Source of the DNA: a virus
Taxonomy: Duplodnaviria; Caudoviricetes
Length of the DNA: 64,000 nt
Direction: 5' to 3' (one strand)
IMG/VR virus record: IMGVR_UViG_3300021255_001366
Location: 32,001-96,000 of that record
In this document: in pieces, positions 1 through 9,043 of the stretch
How the letters are laid out: every line of letters starts with the position of its first letter
Numbering within the stretch: position 1 is the stretch's first letter
Made by a program: the position numbers and the translations under genes
The notes under the pieces: generated by a model
What the model saw: the letters and a program-made list of their open reading frames with translations, nothing else
Databases searched by the model: none
Told to the model about the DNA's origin: nothing

Positions 1-115
1 AGCATTTATCAGAAGATATGACTGGATTCATATACGAACATATGAATGTAAAAGATACTGAGAATGAGCGAACATATGAGGCGACATTTGAATTTTGGAT
101 ATAGGAGTGATTAAT

Positions 116-661
116 ATGAAAATAAACGAGTCAGATTTCGAATACAAAGGATATAGATGCGTTACTACATTTACAGATATGGGATACCGCTGCGGCTATG
201 TTGGGATTCCAGAAGGACATCCTCTGTACGGCAAGAAAGAAGATGTAAAATTAAATATGACCATTAAAGAAATGGCAGAAAAAGAAACTGAAGCAAATAA
301 GAGAAACTCTGTTTCTACACTATTGCTTGGGATGACAGATGAAGACGAGTTAGTAGAATTAGGTGCGTACTTTAATGTACACGGCGGTATTACTTACTGC
401 ACCGGAGGACATAACTCGAAACATCCCATAGAGAGTGATTTGTGGTGGTTCGGTTTTGATTGTGGTCATTGCTATGATGCGCCTGACATTGAGAAGATGG
501 AAGATCTATGGGGAGATAATCCCAATATTCGTCGTCGAATTGACGATCCGCTAATCTTCGCTGATATGGAAGTACGCACATTGGAGTACGTACAAGAAGA
601 GTGCAAGAGATTGGTTGATCAGATTATAGACTTGCTCGACAACGTGGAGGTATTGGCATGA
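116..661 (+). CDS. Conserved phage hypothetical protein
   Basis: AGGAG RBS before ATG at 116; motifs CGYVGIP, HGGITY and WWFGFDCGH are typical of a common phage family of unknown function. Confidence 0.75.
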   Translation: MKINESDFEYKGYRCVTTFTDMGYRCGYVGIPEGHPLYGKKEDVKLNMTIKEMAEKETEANKRNSVSTLLLGMTDEDELVELGAYFNVHGGITYCTGGHNSKHPIESDLWWFGFDCGHCYDAPDIEKMEDLWGDNPNIRRRIDDPLIFADMEVRTLEYVQEECKRLVDQIIDLLDNVEVLA

Positions 662-813
662 CATCAGAAGAAATCAAAACTCAAATCGAAGCGCTTTCAG
701 AAAAGTGTTTTATCCTCGACATGAAAGATTTTTGGTCGAATAAAGATTTTGAAACTTATAACAAATGGACAGAAGAAATAAGAGAACTTAAAGCACAACT
801 TAAGGAGGAGTAA
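658..813 (+). CDS. Small hypothetical protein (51 aa)
   Basis: ATGA overlap with the upstream stop; open frame MTSEEIKTQIEAL...KEE* fills the gap to dUTPase. Confidence 0.6.
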   Translation: MTSEEIKTQIEALSEKCFILDMKDFWSNKDFETYNKWTEEIRELKAQLKEE

Positions 814-815
814 AA

Positions 816-1271
816 ATGATTGACGTTACGAATACACCGACAATTAAAGTTAAGAAAATGAATAGTAATGCGACTCTGCCGACAAGGGGATCAGAGGAAG
901 CTGCGGGTATTGACTTATACGCCTGTATTGATAATCCTATTACAATCCCTCCGCATGATTCTGTTACGTTTAACAGTGGCGTAGCGTTTGAATTGCCAAA
1001 GGGTTACTTCGGAGCTGTAGTACCGAGAAGCAGCATAGGAATTAAGAAACATTTGAGGCTTTGTAATGATGTTGGGGTTATTGATTTTGATTATAAGGGC
1101 AGCGTTCTTATGGCTTTCCATAATGATAGTGATTATCCTCAGACAATTAATCCAGGTGATCGTATTGCTCAGATGGTACTTCTTCCATATGTGACATTCC
1201 CGATTGAGGAAGTGGCAGAATTGACAGATACAGAGCGTGGAGAAGGTGGCATTGGTAGTACGGGAAGGTAG
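816..1271 (+). CDS. dut: Trimeric dUTPase
   Basis: Motifs AGIDL, PRSS, GVIDFDYKG, RIAQ and RGEGGIGSTG. Confidence 0.95.
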   Translation: MIDVTNTPTIKVKKMNSNATLPTRGSEEAAGIDLYACIDNPITIPPHDSVTFNSGVAFELPKGYFGAVVPRSSIGIKKHLRLCNDVGVIDFDYKGSVLMAFHNDSDYPQTINPGDRIAQMVLLPYVTFPIEEVAELTDTERGEGGIGSTGR

Positions 1272-1281
1272 GTGGGGCAAT

Positions 1282-1476
1282 ATGAGCGACGTAGAACCAA
1301 TAATGTTAACAGTTAAAGACGTACAAACAATGCTTAACATTGGAAAGAATACTGCTTATGAATTAATAGCGCAACCAGATTTTCCTACTATCAAATTAGG
1401 TGGGAAGTATCTGGTTTCCAAACAAGGTTTAGAAACATGGGTACAAAAACATTTATATAAAGAATATACGTTATGA
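1282..1476 (+). CDS. xis: Excisionase-like HTH DNA-binding protein
   Basis: LTVKDVQTMLNIGKNTAYELI...FPTIKLGGKYLV pattern; directly upstream of attP and the integrase. Confidence 0.8.
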   Translation: MSDVEPIMLTVKDVQTMLNIGKNTAYELIAQPDFPTIKLGGKYLVSKQGLETWVQKHLYKEYTL

Positions 1477-1480
1477 AAAA

Positions 1481-1754
1481 CTGGTCATTGTGTGACCACT
1501 TTGCCATTAGATGACGTAATAAAAACTGTTATAAATGACTAAAATTTCAACTGATACCAAAGGTCTCCAAAACCTTTGGCGCGGGTTCGATTCCTGCAGC
1601 CCCTGTAGCCGTAAATCGTTATAAATCAACGGTTTGCGGCTCTTTTATTATTTGTAAAAAGTGGTCACACCACTTCGGATTTTCCATATTTTCCCACATT
1701 TTATTAAACTATCTGGTCACAAAGTGGTCATTTTGCATTTTAAAAAGTGGTCAC
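1481..1754 (+). other. attP region with tRNA-Trp 3' fragment (about 1557-1605) and arm-type repeats
   Basis: AAGGT-CTCCAAA-ACCTT anticodon arm (CCA), GCGGG-TTCGATT-CCTGC T arm and acceptor 3' strand AGCCCCTG; no 5' half. TGGTCA repeats at 1482, 1662, 1714, 1725 and 1748, inverted copy at 1493. Confidence 0.85.
1607..1646 (+). terminator. Terminator-like hairpin after the tRNA fragment
   Basis: AGCCGTAAATCGTT...AACGGTTTGCGGCT followed by CTTTT. Confidence 0.6.
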
Positions 1755-1758
1755 ATTG

Positions 1759-1787
1759 TTGCATCCTATTAATTTGTATGTTAGAAT
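1759..1787 (+). promoter_or_regulatory. sigmaA-like promoter of the integrase
   Basis: TTGCAT-17 nt-TAGAAT with extended -10 TG. Confidence 0.55.
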
Positions 1788-1811
1788 ACAAAAAAATAGG
1801 AGGCGGTGCTT

Positions 1812-3011
1812 ATGAAATTACCAGTATTACCCTATGGTGAAGGCAGTATGTATATGAGAAATGATACAGTGTTGTATAAAAAAACAATAACACTGCCAAA
1901 TGGAAAAAAAGTTAGAAAGGTAATCTCTGGACAGAACCCAAAACAATGTTTAGAGAAAATGAAACAATTCGAAGAAGAAATTAAAAATTCTAAGACACCA
2001 TCAAGTCATATTGTATTAATAGATGGTATTATAAGTTGGCTTGAGAATACGCATAAGGACACCGTAAAGCCACAAACATACAGACGATTAGTCGGAACGG
2101 CGACTAACCAAATTGAGCCTTCTCCAATTGGACATATGCGATACCAAGAGATAACCGGAGATGAAATACAAAGTTTGCTCAATTATTTAAACCAAAAAGA
2201 ATATTCACATTCAACCATAAAAAAGACACATGATTTACTGAATTCTTTTTTTAGATACGTCTCAGAAAAAGACTCCTTTGATAATCCAATGCGTCTTGTT
2301 ACTATGCCGAAGATTAGCAATATCAAAGCGGAGTCCAAAGAAATTGCATGGCTTGAAGAAGACGAGATAGATCGCTTTGTTAAGGCGTGTGATACGCAGT
2401 TCAACAATGGATTGTTAAAATTCAAGTATGGTTACATACTCGCAGCAAATATCTATCTTGGTATGCGAGGAGGTGAATTACTTGCCTTAAAATGGAAGGA
2501 CATAGACCTCGAAAAGAATACCATATACGTATGTAAGACGTTGATTGAAGCCACCAATCCGGAGTATGATACAAACGATACGGCTGAAATGCGTAGACAG
2601 GGTATCAAGCGTACGTTGTTCTCAGTTCAAGAAAACACCAAGACATCTAAGAACCGCTACGTACCGATTAACTCCAAAGCAAGAGAGTTGTTAGTCAAAT
2701 ATCGTAATAATTGTCAATACACTGATCCAGAGGATTTTGTAATATCAACGAGTAATCGTAAAACGAACACGCTCAAGAATCTCTCAGACGCCATCAAGGC
2801 TATCGAGGCTGAAGCTGAAATAAATAAGCCTTGTAATACACATATCCTCCGCCATACATGTGCGAGTTTATACTTCAGAAAAGGAGTTCCAATAGAAGTC
2901 ATCTGTCAAATACTTGGAAATTCTAGAGAAGTGTGTGAAAAGACCTACGTACATTTTGTAGAAGAACAGTTGAAAGAAGCGGCCTCAAAGATTGATGTTA
3001 TCGAAATATAG
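1812..3011 (+). CDS. int: Tyrosine integrase
   Basis: GMRGGELLALKW, HILRHT and C-terminal Tyr (KTYVH); AGGAGG RBS; next to attP. Confidence 0.93.
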   Translation: MKLPVLPYGEGSMYMRNDTVLYKKTITLPNGKKVRKVISGQNPKQCLEKMKQFEEEIKNSKTPSSHIVLIDGIISWLENTHKDTVKPQTYRRLVGTATNQIEPSPIGHMRYQEITGDEIQSLLNYLNQKEYSHSTIKKTHDLLNSFFRYVSEKDSFDNPMRLVTMPKISNIKAESKEIAWLEEDEIDRFVKACDTQFNNGLLKFKYGYILAANIYLGMRGGELLALKWKDIDLEKNTIYVCKTLIEATNPEYDTNDTAEMRRQGIKRTLFSVQENTKTSKNRYVPINSKARELLVKYRNNCQYTDPEDFVISTSNRKTNTLKNLSDAIKAIEAEAEINKPCNTHILRHTCASLYFRKGVPIEVICQILGNSREVCEKTYVHFVEEQLKEAASKIDVIEI

Positions 3012-3019
3012 CCATATGC

Positions 3020-3060
3020 AAAAAAAGCCAAGGAGCGTAAAAACTCCTTGGCTAAAATTT
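3020..3060. terminator. Terminator between convergent modules, possibly bidirectional
   Basis: AGCCAAGGAG/CTCCTTGGCT stem; A-run gives a U-tract on the - strand. Confidence 0.8.
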
Positions 3061-3161
3061 TGACGATGCGATTCTTGTATGCTCTTGAATCGTCATTTAC
3101 TTATACCCCTAAGAAAGGGAATGCCGTTTTGACATCCACGTGATATGTGGATTTAGTTGAG

Positions 3162-3629
3162 TTATGTTCTCTTCTTTAGAGGGAAGAAACGCAATTTTGA
3201 ACCGCTTAAACTTAACTCGTTTATGGTTGCAAAAGTAATGGTCTCACCTCTACACATCAAGTATTCTACTGGTACATATCCATCAACGACAGTAATGTTG
3301 CTAATGTACACATATTCGTTAGTTATGCTTGATTTGAAGCCAAATGTTCCCGCACTTTGCGTGTTGGATTTTCTGATATATCCACGCACGACACCCATAG
3401 ACGGAGCAGTAAAATAATCATTCACTTTCGTAGGTGTAATTACAGATGCTGTGCCATAATCTAAGTCCGCTAAATTTTGACTTAACTCATCCACCTCATC
3501 CATATACGCATCCATGCTATCGCCAAGAGGTGTTCCGTCAGACTTGAAAATCGAATTTGTCCTCGTGACGTAGGACACGGGTGTTCCATCCTCGGCTTTC
3601 GGCTGAACGATGTTTATTGTATTTGGCAT
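3162..3629 (-). CDS. Putative tail fibre/appendage protein
   Basis: AGGAGG RBS; N-terminal T..S.F..DG.PL motif shared with neighbours; end of late module. Confidence 0.55.
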   Translation of the reverse strand: MPNTINIVQPKAEDGTPVSYVTRTNSIFKSDGTPLGDSMDAYMDEVDELSQNLADLDYGTASVITPTKVNDYFTAPSMGVVRGYIRKSNTQSAGTFGFKSSITNEYVYISNITVVDGYVPVEYLMCRGETITFATINELSLSGSKLRFFPLKKRT

Positions 3630-3659
3630 TTCGTTTTCCTCCTTTGTTATTTAATTTGG

Positions 3660-4061
3660 TTACGCACAGACGTAGGCAACTGTGTATGTTTGATTAGCCG
3701 CAGGAGTGAAGCCCGAATTAGTAATCAAAAACTTATATCTTGAATTGTTCACTATCGTAAACACCACTCTATCAACCGCCACTCCTTCAACCCAAGCGTT
3801 CATAATTTTAACTTGGCTTGTTGTTAAGGTTGTTGTTAAAATACCGTTGCTGTCGGTAGTACCCGAAAAGGTTGGAAACTTAATCAACTCCTCTACATCA
3901 CTCATATGAGCAAAAGGGTCAATTTCTTCCACATCGTCCGATGCAATCGTCTCACCGATAAACAGTTCTCCGTGAAGTGGATTCCCATTCACATCAAACA
4001 CATGAGATGTGTCCGTCTTTATGGGTTTGCTATTTCCTTGTTCGTCTTGTATTACTGCCAT
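3660..4061 (-). CDS. Putative tail fibre/appendage protein
   Basis: AGGAGG RBS; TDTSHVFDVNGNPL motif; beta-rich C-terminus. Confidence 0.55.
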   Translation of the reverse strand: MAVIQDEQGNSKPIKTDTSHVFDVNGNPLHGELFIGETIASDDVEEIDPFAHMSDVEELIKFPTFSGTTDSNGILTTTLTTSQVKIMNAWVEGVAVDRVVFTIVNNSRYKFLITNSGFTPAANQTYTVAYVCA

Positions 4062-4097
4062 GATTTTCCTCCTTTGTAAAATGTGGATTTAACTGAG

Positions 4098-4943
4098 TTA
4101 TGATGTTACATTGGTATATGCTCCAACTGACACTGTTGCATAAGACCATGTGTTATCTACTTTTCTGAATGAAAACATAGCACCATTATATGCAACAACC
4201 ATCATACCAATGTGTGAAGAATTCATTTTGTGTACAATACCGCACTGATTGTATATTATCGCCACTCCCGAAGAAGTATTATCCATATTTGAAGCAATCG
4301 TTTCAAGCGTTGCAATAGAAACAAATGTTTGCTTAGATGTATCCTTATAGACAATCGGCATTGTGCCACTTGCTAACTCCGCTAAATCATCACTAACCGC
4401 AGTAATCTTATCATCCAACACCTTGCCTTGCCGTGCATCCAATGGATAGTTCGGTAGTGTCGTAACAAGGTTATTCTGCAAACTGCTTTCACGAAGTACG
4501 GGTGATACACTCGGCAGTTCCTCATCGTCACCCGCAAGGTACGCAAGGTTTGTAGGACGGTCTTCAAGAGTATCCCAACTAGCAGTAGCGGAATATCCTT
4601 GATAACCAGCTTCTTGGTTAAGTTTTGTATCATCTACAACAAGATACATAAGTTCTGTTGCAATTACATATACAGTATCCCCGTTCTGTACTTGATCAGT
4701 CGTGAGTGCAAATCTAGCTGTGTCATCAGCCACCTTTACAAGGTTATCCAGTGCCGTCTTAGGTATTTCACTAAGAGGCACTTTACCGTTAACAAGGTCT
4801 GCTTTTGCTGACCACGCAGTGGTTAAAGTAGAACCATTGCTCATCTCTACCGTATCAGAAGATGTCCAATGAGACAGTAGTTTATATCCATTGCTTTTTT
4901 TGTTATATCTTTTTATCTTTTCAAATCCAGAAAGAATAGACAT
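4098..4943 (-). CDS. Putative tail fibre protein
   Basis: KADLVNGKVP..., ARFALTTDQVQNGD and LDARQGKVLDDKI segments typical of Firmicutes phage fibres. Confidence 0.65.
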   Translation of the reverse strand: MSILSGFEKIKRYNKKSNGYKLLSHWTSSDTVEMSNGSTLTTAWSAKADLVNGKVPLSEIPKTALDNLVKVADDTARFALTTDQVQNGDTVYVIATELMYLVVDDTKLNQEAGYQGYSATASWDTLEDRPTNLAYLAGDDEELPSVSPVLRESSLQNNLVTTLPNYPLDARQGKVLDDKITAVSDDLAELASGTMPIVYKDTSKQTFVSIATLETIASNMDNTSSGVAIIYNQCGIVHKMNSSHIGMMVVAYNGAMFSFRKVDNTWSYATVSVGAYTNVTS

Positions 4944-4957
4944 ATTTTATTCCCTCC

Positions 4958-5941
4958 TTATTTCTTTATTACGTTGGGCTTAGTCGTAGCGCCCGGAGCT
5001 TTACCACCCTTCGGCACTAACACAATCTGAATTGCTTCCATGCGCTTCTTTAAGCCCGTTGTACCAGCGATTTCTCCGTTCTTCGCCCAATCTAACCATC
5101 CATATGTCTGACAGTGTGCCTTGTAGTAAATGTCATACTTATTAGCAGCGTCACCAGTTAACTTAATTTGAATGGCTTCCATGCGCTTGGATTTACCAGT
5201 TGTTCCAGCCACATTACCATTGGCTACCCAACCCATCCATCCTTTATCTTGAACATGGGCGTTATACTGAACACCACCGCTTACACCGCCACCAAGAGCG
5301 ACCTTGATAGCCTCAAGCCTACGTGATTCTCCGGTTGTACCAGCAGTAGCACCATCACATACCCAAGAGAACCATCCTTTGTTTTGTGCGTGTACTTGGT
5401 AATTAACCTTTCCATTGGTAGTAGGCTTAGAGCCACCACCACTCAGACGGTCGTTAACCTTCTTGGCAATGTCAGACATCTTGCTCTTTAAGTACGGTCC
5501 AGGGCAAGCAGTATCAGCGAACATGCAGTGCATTGTAAGGTTTCCAGATGCATCGCCCGTATAATTCAGCCTCGAAATGCCGTTTCTACGACAAATATCA
5601 ACGCAGAGATCAATCAGCTTGTTATAAGCTTTATCAGATACATGCCAATCTCCACCAATTTTATCGTTTGCAACCTCAATGGTTACTGCTTGATAGTCGT
5701 TAGAAGGAGAAAGAGAAGCCCAAGAACGATTCTTCTCCTCTACATACATACCAACACGACCATCAGAGCCGATGCCGTAGTTAGCAGAAGCCTGAGAACT
5801 CTGAAACACGTTTCCACATGTTTCTACACTGAGATTACCAGCCATGTGGTGAATTGTGATTTTCTTATTAGCTCCGGTCTTGGTATTGTAAAACGGAGAA
5901 AGCTTTGTATAGTTAACAAGATTACTGTTGCTGTATGTCAT
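4958..5941 (-). CDS. Endolysin: amidase_2 domain plus ChW repeats
   Basis: ITIHHMAG, ASANYGIG, TIEVAN and H...TACPG motifs; three HAQ/HVQ/HCQ..GW..W..G..AGTTG...RxEAI repeats. Confidence 0.92.
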   Translation of the reverse strand: MTYSNSNLVNYTKLSPFYNTKTGANKKITIHHMAGNLSVETCGNVFQSSQASANYGIGSDGRVGMYVEEKNRSWASLSPSNDYQAVTIEVANDKIGGDWHVSDKAYNKLIDLCVDICRRNGISRLNYTGDASGNLTMHCMFADTACPGPYLKSKMSDIAKKVNDRLSGGGSKPTTNGKVNYQVHAQNKGWFSWVCDGATAGTTGESRRLEAIKVALGGGVSGGVQYNAHVQDKGWMGWVANGNVAGTTGKSKRMEAIQIKLTGDAANKYDIYYKAHCQTYGWLDWAKNGEIAGTTGLKKRMEAIQIVLVPKGGKAPGATTKPNVIKK

Positions 5942-6080
5942 CGTACTCCTCCCCCTTTCCATCAACGAGTTCTTTTAAAGTTTCCTCATTGAAGTCCTTC
6001 CCGAACTCAAGACCAGCTTTTTCAAGCTCAATTCTTATCATATCTATGTTATTTTTTATATCTATATTTGTTTTTTCCAT
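5922..6080 (-). CDS. Small hypothetical protein (52 aa)
   Basis: MEKTNIDIK...DGKGEEYDDIQQQ*, overlapping the endolysin start. Confidence 0.5.
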   Translation of the reverse strand: MEKTNIDIKNNIDMIRIELEKAGLEFGKDFNEETLKELVDGKGEEYDDIQQQ

Positions 6081-6095
6081 AATAAAATCTCCATT

Positions 6096-6311
6096 TCATT
6101 CATAAATTTGTGACCATACATCTCCAACCCTTTGAGTCAGTGGTTCGGTATCCGAAAACACCTCAGTGGGCTTTAAAGCAATCTCATCTATTGCAGATTG
6201 CACAGATGTACCAGTAAGACCGCTAGACGTGTTACTATATTGAACTTGTGCAGCAGAGGTAGTATTAGCAACACCACCGTATGCAACACCGTTTTTCATT
6301 ATTAATCCCAT
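6096..6311 (-). CDS. Small fibre-associated protein
   Basis: YSNTSSGL...VQSAIDEI and SDTEP..Q..GDVW modules shared with other tail genes. Confidence 0.6.
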   Translation of the reverse strand: MGLIMKNGVAYGGVANTTSAAQVQYSNTSSGLTGTSVQSAIDEIALKPTEVFSDTEPLTQRVGDVWSQIYE

Positions 6312-6343
6312 CTGTAATCTTCCTTTCCAATAAAAAAAAGAAC

Positions 6344-7600
6344 CTATTCGGTTCTCTTGTGTCTCTTTTCCCATGCCACAACTTGTGGCGAATGTATTTC
6401 ATGATTAGCACCATCAAACTCAAGAGTCTTGCAATATTCGAGCATTTCATCGTAAGACATCTTGAATAATTCTGCGATAGTACCATCGGGATCATTGATA
6501 TAATCATAGAAATTACCTATCCAACTTTCACAAAATCTCACATCTGAGTAATGTTTCACTTGATAAAGCATATCTTCAATGTCAGAATACACAATTTCAT
6601 CCCAATATTTGTCCTTCAAACGCTGTCGAAGACGTTTGACATTATCTCTTAACGAGTACCAATCCTCCTCAAGAGGCTCATAATCCGTACTTGCAACCTC
6701 TTTTAAAAAGTCCAAGAAGTTATAAAATGCATAAATTGACATGTTCAAGTACTCATGTTTCATGAATTCGTCCTCTTGATCCTCGAAATTATACTTCTTA
6801 TTGAAATCATCAAAGAAATCTAGGATTGAATTACTGCTTGCCATAGTCCATCCGGACAAATGTTGACCATAATGTGGATCTTTTCTTGACAAAGAATCCT
6901 CATTTGGAAACCAAAATGCGGTTGCTTGACAGTCAGTTTCATGAGTATCATACGGAATTTTAACCGTGATATAGTCGTCAGTATGTGCGATAGCATAGTC
7001 TAACTTGCGAATAAACGGATAATCCTCTCCTTGACGGGAGTTTAAGCCTGTCAAAAAGTGAATATCGTACTCCTCAATGAACTTTCTATTAAAGCATCTC
7101 GACTGCACCCATATGCTATGACCAGGAATGTTATGTTCATAACCTCCGGTGTCGAAAGAATAGAGTAGTCCATGGATACACGCAATAGGTTTTGCATCCT
7201 CATGAGATGCGTTATCATTAATGATGTGCAAAAATCTATCACATGCATTTGGTGCGAGCATGTCATCACAATCTACAAGTAGAAAATAATCGTAATCACC
7301 GTGTTTCCATCCGATTTCACGAGATTCGCCTTGATATTTGTGATCTTCATTGCATATGATAGAAATTTTGATGTGTTCAGTGTCATATGACGACTTAAAC
7401 TCGTCTGAAAAATAATAAGAATACGCAGAACCCCCGTCATTACTACGTCCTTCGAGGTAGTCATCTACCAATATAAGATGTATTTTATACGGGTTCTTTT
7501 TGCTTATAAATTGATGTATTACCGAATATACCATTCTATCCGTTTTACTTCGATCCCCCCACATGGGGGAGACTACGGTAATTCCTTCTTCTTTCTTCAT
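6344..7600 (-). CDS. GT2 (GT-A fold) glycosyltransferase
   Basis: ITVVSPMW, LILVDD, FLLVDCDD (DxD) and GED motifs. Confidence 0.85.
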   Translation of the reverse strand: MKKEEGITVVSPMWGDRSKTDRMVYSVIHQFISKKNPYKIHLILVDDYLEGRSNDGGSAYSYYFSDEFKSSYDTEHIKISIICNEDHKYQGESREIGWKHGDYDYFLLVDCDDMLAPNACDRFLHIINDNASHEDAKPIACIHGLLYSFDTGGYEHNIPGHSIWVQSRCFNRKFIEEYDIHFLTGLNSRQGEDYPFIRKLDYAIAHTDDYITVKIPYDTHETDCQATAFWFPNEDSLSRKDPHYGQHLSGWTMASSNSILDFFDDFNKKYNFEDQEDEFMKHEYLNMSIYAFYNFLDFLKEVASTDYEPLEEDWYSLRDNVKRLRQRLKDKYWDEIVYSDIEDMLYQVKHYSDVRFCESWIGNFYDYINDPDGTIAELFKMSYDEMLEYCKTLEFDGANHEIHSPQVVAWEKRHKRTE

Positions 7601-7619
7601 TCCTTTTACCTCATCCTTT

Positions 7620-8570
7620 TTATCCTTCTGTGCTTGTAGTTATAATTGTTTCTGTCTTAACACTCTTGTATAGATACCTTGTTTGATAAATTGACTCATT
7701 AGTAGTAGTAGTAGATGACGTAAACCACTTAGAAGACGTTGAGGTGGATGTTGTAATTGAACAAGATGTATAATAAGGATCGGTTGTCATAGGAATAATC
7801 GATGATGTTTTCTCTTGTTGTGTACAATGTACAATATCGACGTTTGGCGCACCGTTCTTATAATAATATACATTAGTCATTGCTTCGATAATATACGGGT
7901 TAACGGTAGACGTCCCAGTTTGTGTGATTGAATATCGCATAGCACCAACTCCTGCATTAATGGTTGTATTATTGACAAGCAATATGTGCGACACCGTTTC
8001 TCCTATTCCATCAGTATTAGCATAATTCCATCTTAAAGACATTGTATGTATTGTCGTAGCCGTATAATATGCGTATGATTTTTCTGCATAAACACTGGTT
8101 TGTGTAAATATACCAACAGATGTTTTTCCAGGAGTATCAAATATATCCATAGTTCCATTACTACTTGAATACGAATAAGTTCTTGTAATATTTATTAGTG
8201 CAGATCCATTAAAAGAATATGAGTTATTTTTTTGAGTTGTTCCTAACGTCAACGTCGTAGACACAAATGCCCATGTATGTGTGTAATCTCTACCACCATA
8301 AACAAGTCCATTAAAACTACTACTTGATTTTCCTTCAATTCCATATGAAGACCTTACATGTGTTGTTGTATTAACAGTCGTAGTTACCGTCTGCACCGGA
8401 ATATACGTCTGACCACTCTTTGTCACTTCAAGCCTTAATCCAGTAGTCGTATTCGTTGTTAAGTCCAAATATGAATTAGACACCTTTAAATATGGTTGTC
8501 CCGTATGTGTTTCCTTACATTTGTACGATTTTGTCGTACCGTCTTTGTTTAAAACTAAATAAGTCGGCAT
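7620..8570 (-). CDS. Thr/Ser-rich hypothetical protein, probably virion-associated
   Basis: Long T/S runs; GGAGG RBS; lies in the fibre cluster. Confidence 0.6.
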   Translation of the reverse strand: MPTYLVLNKDGTTKSYKCKETHTGQPYLKVSNSYLDLTTNTTTGLRLEVTKSGQTYIPVQTVTTTVNTTTHVRSSYGIEGKSSSSFNGLVYGGRDYTHTWAFVSTTLTLGTTQKNNSYSFNGSALINITRTYSYSSSNGTMDIFDTPGKTSVGIFTQTSVYAEKSYAYYTATTIHTMSLRWNYANTDGIGETVSHILLVNNTTINAGVGAMRYSITQTGTSTVNPYIIEAMTNVYYYKNGAPNVDIVHCTQQEKTSSIIPMTTDPYYTSCSITTSTSTSSKWFTSSTTTTNESIYQTRYLYKSVKTETIITTSTEG

Positions 8571-8581
8571 AGTACACCTCC

Positions 8582-8935
8582 TTATTCTTCAATTGAAATG
8601 TTATCTAAACCATTTTCAGATATCAGTGTTTGCATTTCAGATACTTGCGTTTGTAATGTCGCAATCTTATTTAACAATTCAATGATTACAGTTTGAACAT
8701 TTGTAGATACAAGTCCCGTTCCCGTGTTATTAAATGTAACGGCACTTGCACTGAACGACGCGGCTCCACCTCCGGCTCCGTCGACAATAAAATAAACAGC
8801 ACCATTGTTCTGTTCCGATGGAGTTAAGGCATTATATTGCTCTTGTGTTAAAACAATAAGTTTGCCATCAACCCAATCTTTTATAAGGTTGTCGTAGGTT
8901 GACAAACCACTATAATTTAAGAATTCTTTTGCCAT
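8582..8935 (-). CDS. Fibre-associated protein
   Basis: N-terminal FL...L..YD.LIKD motif; LTQEQYNAL module. Confidence 0.65.
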   Translation of the reverse strand: MAKEFLNYSGLSTYDNLIKDWVDGKLIVLTQEQYNALTPSEQNNGAVYFIVDGAGGGAASFSASAVTFNNTGTGLVSTNVQTVIIELLNKIATLQTQVSEMQTLISENGLDNISIEE

Positions 8936-9013
8936 TTTATACTCCTTTCGTTAGCTTTAATTGCTTTACAAAACAGATTAATCTTTTGCGCATTTTTCTA
9001 AAGCAATTAAATA

Positions 9014-9034
9014 GGAGGGGCATTACGCCCCTCC
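9014..9034 (-). terminator. Terminator-like hairpin
   Basis: GGAGGGGC/GCCCCTCC stem after 9044-10291. Confidence 0.6.
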
Positions 9035-9043
9035 GTTAATAAA

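Noticed and set aside
1557-1605. Complete tRNA-Trp gene
   Set aside because: The 5' acceptor strand and D arm are missing; better explained as the attP core
3129-3139. TTGACATCCAC identical to 25266-25276
   Set aside because: Only 11 nt, and this copy has no good -10 element; may be chance
7620-8570. Diversity-generating retroelement target
   Set aside because: No reverse transcriptase or template/variable repeat pair seen in this window
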